This document shows positions 58,304 to 64,000 of a stretch of DNA of 64,000 bases, piece after piece (the first letter of the stretch is position 1; each line of letters begins with the position of its first letter). Source of the stretch: Pyrinomonadaceae bacterium (GTDB lineage Bacteria; Acidobacteriota; Blastocatellia; Pyrinomonadales; Pyrinomonadaceae); the NCBI GenBank assembly GCA_046313635.1, contig JBKBYA010000002.1, positions 288,001 through 352,000 of the forward strand. The letters are read 5' to 3'. A model generated the notes under the pieces. It saw only the letters and a program-made list of their open reading frames with translations, ran no database searches and was not told the origin of the DNA. A program made the translations under genes and the position numbers.

Positions 58304-59635
58304 ATGCTGAGACAGGATCACGATAAGCGGACGGCGCGGCCGAGAACGGTGACGCAGACCGCGTTGCCGGCGCGCGGCGCCGGCGCATTCCAGCTGGATA
58401 ACTGCGGCCTCGGGCCGTCGCCGAAGGCGATCTCGGGCAGCGAACCGAGCGAAATGATCGCGGTCTCGGCCGCCGACGCTTCGACCGCGGTCGACGTCCT
58501 GGCGGCGAGTCTGCGGCAAGGGAAGTTTGCGGTTTTCACGCTGGCGTACGACCTCGGGCTGGCGCTCGAGCCGCGGCTCGCGGGCCGTCTGAGGAACTTC
58601 GCTGAACCGCTGGTCTGGGTCGCGCTGTATGACAGCGTCCGCGTACTTGATCAGGCGGAAGGACGCGAATTCGTCGCCGGCCCGGGATCCGAGGTCGAGG
58701 CCGCGCCGCCCAAGACCTCTCCGTGCGTGCAGCCCGTAAAGCCCGGACCTCTGGCGGCCGGAGCGGCGACGTCCAACTTTGACCGGCACAACTACATCGA
58801 CGCGGTCGAGACGATAAAAGAGCTGATCCGCTCGGGTGAGACCTACCAAGTCAATCTGACTCAAAAGCTCGGATTTGAATTTGCACGCGGGTGCGCCGCG
58901 ACAGACCTGTACGCTCGCCTGCGCCGCGACAACCCGGCTCGCTATTCGGCCTACATCGACCGCGGGACGTCGCAGGTGGTCTCTACCTCGCCCGAGAGTT
59001 TTTTTCGCACGCGCGGCCGCCGCATAGAGACCTCGCCGATCAAGGGCACGATCCGCCGGGGAAGCGACGAGACCGAAGACCGCATGCTCCGCGAGACCCT
59101 GCTGACGAGCCCAAAGGACCGCGCCGAGAACACGATGATCGTCGACCTGCTCCGCAACGATCTCGGGCGCGTCTGCGAATACGGTTCGGTAACGGTGGAG
59201 CGGCTGTGCGAGATCGAACGGCACCCGACGCTCTTCCATCTGGTATCGACGGTTTCGGGAAAGCTGAAGGAGCGTGCGGGCATCGCCGAGATCCTTAAAG
59301 CGCTGTTTCCGTGCGGCTCGATCACCGGAGCGCCCAAGCCCCGAACGATGGAGTTGATCGACGACCTCGAGCGAGCACCGCGCGGCCTCTCGATGGGTGC
59401 GATCGGGTACTCGGTACCAGTGGGGTTCAGCGAGCATCTCGAGCCAGGGCTCGAGGTCGCGGTCGCCATTCGCACGGTCGTGGTCAGGGACGGGCACGCC
59501 GAGTTCAATGTCGGCGGAGGCGTGGTGATCGACAGCGACCCCGAAGCCGAGTACAAAGAGTCGCTGCTAAAGGCCGCGGCGATACTAAGGGCCGCTGGCA
59601 TAGATCGGATCGAGCCGGCGGCCCGCCGTATCTGA
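58304..59635 (+). CDS. pabB: Aminodeoxychorismate synthase component I (chorismate-binding MST enzyme)
   Basis: GETYQVNL, SPESF, PIKGT, KDRAENTMIVDLLRNDL, GSITGAPK. Start uncertain. Confidence 0.88.
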   Translation: MLRQDHDKRTARPRTVTQTALPARGAGAFQLDNCGLGPSPKAISGSEPSEMIAVSAADASTAVDVLAASLRQGKFAVFTLAYDLGLALEPRLAGRLRNFAEPLVWVALYDSVRVLDQAEGREFVAGPGSEVEAAPPKTSPCVQPVKPGPLAAGAATSNFDRHNYIDAVETIKELIRSGETYQVNLTQKLGFEFARGCAATDLYARLRRDNPARYSAYIDRGTSQVVSTSPESFFRTRGRRIETSPIKGTIRRGSDETEDRMLRETLLTSPKDRAENTMIVDLLRNDLGRVCEYGSVTVERLCEIERHPTLFHLVSTVSGKLKERAGIAEILKALFPCGSITGAPKPRTMELIDDLERAPRGLSMGAIGYSVPVGFSEHLEPGLEVAVAIRTVVVRDGHAEFNVGGGVVIDSDPEAEYKESLLKAAAILRAAGIDRIEPAARRI

Positions 59636-59681
59636 CGGAACACGTGCCGCCCTGCGGTGTCTATTTCGAGCGGAGGTCGGT

Positions 59682-60119
59682 ATGACAAAACCGCAGATCA
59701 ACGTAACCCCGCTCATCGACGTTCTGCTCGTGCTGCTTATCATTTTTATGGTGATCTCGCCGCTCAAGCCGAGCAGCTTTAAGGTAAAGCTCCCCGCCGA
59801 GTCGAGAAGGCTGCCGAGAGACATTCGCAGCGATCCGCTGACGCTTGTCGTCGCGATAGACGACCAACGCGACGTCTCGATCAACCGTCAACCGGCCGGC
59901 TCGGTTGACGACGCTTCGGCGGCGACCGAGATCTTGAAAAGAGCCTTTGCAGAGCGGCGGCATAACGGCGCGTTTGACAAGAATGGCGACGTCGTCAGGA
60001 CAGTTTTTATAAGCGCGCCGCGGACGGTAGCCTATGGCGATGTCGCACGCGTGATCGACGCGGTAAAGTCGGCCGGCGCCGATCCGATCAGCCTGCTGAT
60101 CGACCGGGCGGGTCGCTGA
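59682..60119 (+). CDS. exbD: Biopolymer transporter ExbD/TolR
   Basis: INVTPLIDVLLVLLIIFMV, YGDVARVIDAVKSAG, GGAGG RBS. Confidence 0.9.
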   Translation: MTKPQINVTPLIDVLLVLLIIFMVISPLKPSSFKVKLPAESRRLPRDIRSDPLTLVVAIDDQRDVSINRQPAGSVDDASAATEILKRAFAERRHNGAFDKNGDVVRTVFISAPRTVAYGDVARVIDAVKSAGADPISLLIDRAGR

Positions 60120-60222
60120 GTGCGGATGAGCAGCCTTACCCGGCGTGATATAATCGCGACATTCGCCGCGGGAGACGCGCGCGTTCTCTCCCGCGATCAG
60201 ATTCTCTCGGCCTCGGCTCCGG

Positions 60223-61029
60223 ATGACTAACTATTACGAAACTCTCGGCGTCTCTCAAAAGGCTTCCAGGGCCGAGATACGTTCCGCATATCGTCGTCTG
60301 GCTAGACGGCTGCATCCCGACCTCAATCAAAACTCAGAAGAGGCGGCCGTAAAGTTTGCCGCCATCGCCGAGGCCTACGAGGTGCTCGGCGACAGCCGCG
60401 AACGCGCGCGATACGATCAAAAGCTGATGCACGCCACGGCGAGCGCCGCGAACGGCAATTCGATCTTTGACAGCGACAACCCGCACATCCGGCGCTGGCG
60501 GCAGATGGTTTACGAGAAGCGCTATAACGAGATCATCGACCGGATGATCGCCGAGGAGCGCCGCGAGTCGATCGCGCGCGAGCGGGCGATCTATCCGGTG
60601 GTCGCGCTGTTTGTGTCGACGCTGTTTGTCGTCGCTTTCAAACCAAAGCTCTTTGTCAATTCTGAAATGATCGGCAAGACGATCGTTGTCGCTCTTTTTA
60701 TCGCGGGCGTGATCCATCTGATCGGCCGCATCCGTGATGCGTTTGACCGGTTCACGTACGACGAGCACGAGATCCACGAGTCGATCCTCGACGAAGAGGA
60801 ACCCAAAGTGAAGCCGTACACGCGGCTCTCGGCGGCGGCGTTCCTGATCGGCGGGCTCGCGGCGTGCCTGCTGCTCGGACTGCTGATCGGCAGCTACGTC
60901 AACATTCTCTCGGAATCGATGCCCTCGATGTTCTCTGAGACGCTCAAACCCGAATTCGTTTTTTATCCGCCGATCGTCGTGCTATTCGTCGACCTGATGC
61001 ACGGGATCGTATCGGGATTTGAGGCCTAG
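60223..61029 (+). CDS. J-domain protein with C-terminal TM segments
   Basis: NYYETLGV...[11 protein letters not shown]...AYEVLGD..RARYD, about 4 TMs downstream. Confidence 0.88.
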   Translation: MTNYYETLGVSQKASRAEIRSAYRRLARRLHPDLNQNSEEAAVKFAAIAEAYEVLGDSRERARYDQKLMHATASAANGNSIFDSDNPHIRRWRQMVYEKRYNEIIDRMIAEERRESIARERAIYPVVALFVSTLFVVAFKPKLFVNSEMIGKTIVVALFIAGVIHLIGRIRDAFDRFTYDEHEIHESILDEEEPKVKPYTRLSAAAFLIGGLAACLLLGLLIGSYVNILSESMPSMFSETLKPEFVFYPPIVVLFVDLMHGIVSGFEA

Positions 61030-61058
61030 GCCTCGCGGGCCCGAGGGAGCTGCCGCGT

Positions 61059-61087
61059 TTGACAAAGCTGCGGTCGATGTCTATCCT
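61059..61087 (+). promoter_or_regulatory. Sigma70-like promoter for rpsT
   Basis: TTGACA-17nt-TATCCT (TATAAT directly adjacent). Confidence 0.55.
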
Positions 61088-61124
61088 CTATAATTTCCCG
61101 AAATCACGGGCTTTTAGGTAGATA

Positions 61125-61391
61125 ATGGCAAACCATAAATCAGCAGAAAAAAGGGTCCGGCAGACGCTTAAGCGGAACGAGATCAATCGTCGCAACCGCA
61201 GCCGGCTCCGTACGCAGATCAAAAAGCTACGTTCGGCGATCTCCGGTCACGACGCGGCGGCAAGCGGCGAGCAGCTCGCGCCGACCGTGTCGATCATCGA
61301 TAAGATGGTCAACAAGGGGATCATTCACCGGAACACCGCGGCCAGGTACAAGGCCCGTCTGACCCGGCACGTTAACGAACTGGCAAAATAA
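61125..61391 (+). CDS. rpsT: 30S ribosomal protein S20
   Basis: MANHKSAEKRVRQ...N...RSRLRT.IKK...KGIIHRNTAARYKARL. Confidence 0.97.
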   Translation: MANHKSAEKRVRQTLKRNEINRRNRSRLRTQIKKLRSAISGHDAAASGEQLAPTVSIIDKMVNKGIIHRNTAARYKARLTRHVNELAK

Positions 61392-61435
61392 GTTCCCCAA
61401 AGCCGAAAACTACATAGTTTTCTCCTTTATCCTTT

Positions 61436-61474
61436 CGGAAGTCGATCCTTGAATCATCGGCTTCCGTTTTTTTT
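61436..61474 (+). terminator. Intrinsic terminator after rpsT
   Basis: CGGAAGTCGAT..ATCGGCTTCCG followed by T8. Confidence 0.85.
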
Positions 61475-61522
61475 ATGCCGGCCCTCAAAAGGCCTTGGCC
61501 TTTGTTAATATCCAGCTGACGG

Positions 61523-62227
61523 ATGTCCGACGTGAGACGGTACAAATATTACGACCTCATAATGGCCGCCTTTGTGTGCGTCCTGCTCTGCTCGAATCTG
61601 ATCGGAGTGCAAAAGGTCACGTTCGTCGATCTGCCGTGGGCCGGCGAATACATCTTCGGAGCGGGCGTACTCTTTTTTCCGATCAGCTATCTCTTTGGCG
61701 ACATCCTTACCGAGGTCTACGGCTACAAGCGCTCGCGGCGGGTGATCTGGGCCGGATTCGGGGCGCTCATCTTCGCCTCGGCGATGGCTTTCATCGTTAC
61801 GAGCCTGCCCGCGGCCCGGACGATGTCGGCCGAGCAGCAGAATGCCGTCAACCTTATCTTCGGTCAGACATGGCGGATCGCGGTGGCCTCGCTGCTGGCG
61901 TTTTGGCTGGGCGAATTCACCAATTCGTTCGTTCTCGCGAAGATGAAGGTCCTGACCGAGGGCAGATGGCTCTGGACCAGGACGATCGGATCTACCTTTG
62001 CCGGGGAGGCGGTCGACAGTCTGGTCTTTTACCCGCTTGCGTTTTACGGTCTTTGGTCGACCGAGCAGGTCGTCAGCGTGATGATCGGCAATTACTTCCT
62101 AAAGGTCGGTTGGGAGGTCCTCGCCACGCCCTTCACATACCGGATCGTCAACTTTCTCAAGCGCGCCGAGAACGAGGACTTCTATGACCGCGACACCGAC
62201 TTCAACCCTTTCAGCCTCGAATCGTGA
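61523..62227 (+). CDS. yhhQ: Queuosine precursor transporter (YhhQ/VUT family)
   Basis: SNLIG, FPISYLFGDILTEVYG, RIAVASLLAF, WLWTRTIGST..GEAVDS. Confidence 0.9.
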   Translation: MSDVRRYKYYDLIMAAFVCVLLCSNLIGVQKVTFVDLPWAGEYIFGAGVLFFPISYLFGDILTEVYGYKRSRRVIWAGFGALIFASAMAFIVTSLPAARTMSAEQQNAVNLIFGQTWRIAVASLLAFWLGEFTNSFVLAKMKVLTEGRWLWTRTIGSTFAGEAVDSLVFYPLAFYGLWSTEQVVSVMIGNYFLKVGWEVLATPFTYRIVNFLKRAENEDFYDRDTDFNPFSLES

Positions 62228-62404
62228 CGCTTCGCGTCGTGCATTAATTTAGAAACGGCATCGGATTAGGCCTTTATTCCGCCAGCAGGGACCGGCACCG
62301 GCCGCCGCGTAAACGTTGCTTTTGATAGGGCAATTTGCGTAAATATTAGCGAGTCTTGTCCTATACCCGTTCCTGACAATTTAAGAGAGAGTTTTCCCAG
62401 ACGT

Positions 62405-64000
62405 ATGCAAGAATTCTCAGACCAGATGCCTTCGGACATTAAGCGGTATCCGATGGTGCCGATCCGCGATGTCGTCATTTTCCCCTTTACAAAAGTAGCG
62501 TTCAAGATCGGACGTCCGAGCTCGGTCAAGGCGCTCGAGCAGGCGATGAACGGCGAGCGAGACATCTTTCTCGCGACGCAGCACGACGCGACGATCGACG
62601 AGCCGACGGCCGAGCAGGTCTATACGATCGGCACGATCGGCCGCATCCTCCAGGCACAGCGGCAGGACAACGGGCAGATCAAGGTCGTCGTCGAAGGCCG
62701 CGAAAGAGGCCAGTCGGTGCGCATCGAGCAGAACGAGGAGGGGATGTTCTTTGCCTTTGTGCGCAAGGTGGCCGCGACCGACGAGTCGGGCTATCGCACC
62801 GACGGGCTGCTCCAGCAGATACATACGCTCGTAGAGCAGTTTCTGCGCGTCTCGCCGGATGCTTATACGGATGCGCTGCATGCGAGCCTGCGAGGCATCT
62901 CGGCCGCGCAGATAGCTGATTCGATGGCCTCGCACCTGCGCATCTCGGTCGAGGAAAAGCAGCAGATACTCGAGACCTTCTCGGTGCAGGAGCGGCTGAC
63001 GAAGTTGATACAGATCCTCGAGGCCGAGATCGACAAGCGTCAGCTCGACCGAATGATCCACTCGCGCACCAAAAAGCAGATGGACAAGCACCAGCGCGAG
63101 TACTACCTCAACGAGCAGATCAAGGCGATCCATAAAGAGCTGGGGCGAAAGGACGAGCGTGCAGAGCTCGACGATCTCAAAAAGAAGATCGAAGAGGCCG
63201 GTATGAGCGAGGAGGCCAAAGAAAAGGCACTGCAGGAATTTTCGCGGCTTGAGGCGATGCCGCCGATGTCAGCCGAGAGCACGGTCGCCCGCACGTACCT
63301 CGACTGGCTGATCAACGTGCCCTGGAAGCAGCGTTCAGAGGAGATAAACGATCTCTCCGAGGCTGAAAAGGTGCTCAACGAGGACCACTACGGCCTCGAA
63401 AAAATAAAGGAGCGCATTCTCGAGTTCCTCGCCGTACGCCAGCTCGTCAGTAATCCCAAGGGTACGATCCTATGCTTTGTCGGGGCTCCCGGCGTCGGCA
63501 AGACCTCGCTCGGCAAGTCGATCGCCAAGGCGACAGGCCGCAAATTCGTTCGGCTCGCGCTCGGCGGCGTGCACGACGAGGCCGAGATCCGCGGTCACCG
63601 GCGAACGTATATCGGAGCGCTGCCGGGACAGATCGTGCAGTTGATGAAGCGTGCCGGGACGATCAATCCGGTGATCCTGCTCGACGAGGTCGACAAGCTC
63701 GGCCGGGACTTTCGCGGCGACCCGAGCGCGGCGTTGCTCGAGGTGCTCGACCCCGAGCAGAACAGCACCTTTCGCGATCACTATCTCGACATCGACTACG
63801 ATCTCTCGCAGGTATTCTTCATCGCGACGGCCAACGTGCTGCACACGATACCGCCGGCTCTGCAGGACCGGCTCGAGATCCTGAACCTGTCCGGTTACAC
63901 CGAACGCGAAAAGCTCGAGATCGCCAAGCGTCACCTGATCCCGAAGCAGTGCGAGAGCAACGGCCTCGATACCGAAAAGGTGAGTTTCACCGATGACGGC
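62405..64000 (+). CDS. lon: Lon protease, 5' part (runs off the window edge)
   Basis: Not in the ORF track. [27 protein letters not shown] (Lon N-domain), [32 protein letters not shown] Walker [29 protein letters not shown]. Confidence 0.97.
   Translation, partial: MQEFSDQMPSDIKRYPMVPIRDVVIFPFTKVAFKIGRPSSVKALEQAMNGERDIFLATQHDATIDEPTAEQVYTIGTIGRILQAQRQDNGQIKVVVEGRERGQSVRIEQNEEGMFFAFVRKVAATDESGYRTDGLLQQIHTLVEQFLRVSPDAYTDALHASLRGISAAQIADSMASHLRISVEEKQQILETFSVQERLTKLIQILEAEIDKRQLDRMIHSRTKKQMDKHQREYYLNEQIKAIHKELGRKDERAELDDLKKKIEEAGMSEEAKEKALQEFSRLEAMPPMSAESTVARTYLDWLINVPWKQRSEEINDLSEAEKVLNEDHYGLEKIKERILEFLAVRQLVSNPKGTILCFVGAPGVGKTSLGKSIAKATGRKFVRLALGGVHDEAEIRGHRRTYIGALPGQIVQLMKRAGTINPVILLDEVDKLGRDFRGDPSAALLEVLDPEQNSTFRDHYLDIDYDLSQVFFIATANVLHTIPPALQDRLEILNLSGYTEREKLEIAKRHLIPKQCESNGLDTEKVSFTDDG

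Noticed and set aside
61392..61522. PreQ1 riboswitch upstream of the queuosine precursor transporter
   Set aside because: Only the rpsT terminator is evident. No recognisable preQ1 stem with an A-rich tail.
62228..62404. CIRCE/HrcA operator upstream of lon
   Set aside because: No TTAGCACTC-N9-GAGTGCTAA match.

Overview
GC-rich bacterial chromosome segment. The gene set and protein style suggest Acidobacteriota (Blastocatellia/Pyrinomonadaceae-like), but this is inference only. Most of it is core or housekeeping: thiL (partial), a MerR regulator, tRNA-Pro(GGG), an HtrA/DegP protease, a speA / deoxyhypusine-synthase-like / speB polyamine operon, glnA, pyrF, feoAB, a molybdopterin adenylyltransferase, purD, aroC, two rsmD-like genes, recG, tig-clpP-clpX, tRNA-Leu(TAG), murE, pabB, rpsT, a queuosine-precursor transporter and lon (partial). 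I saw no CRISPR array, integrase, transposase or phage gene. The most unusual signals are: (1) a structured 340-bp intergenic region with a candidate three-hairpin sRNA (anti-Shine-Dalgarno-like loop) and a terminator-ended leader, ahead of two tandem KimA/KUP-like transporter paralogs; (2) a deoxyhypusine-synthase homolog with a largely degenerate active site inside the speA-speB operon; (3) a dispersed family of heptamer arrays, often in inverted pairs, including composite heptamer + 33-nt REP-like cassettes on both sides of a peptidase gene and an in-frame heptamer insertion in aroC; (4) a decaying block next to tRNA-Pro with a frameshifted antiporter and a truncated P-type ATPase. All calls come from reading motifs by eye; no database search was run.
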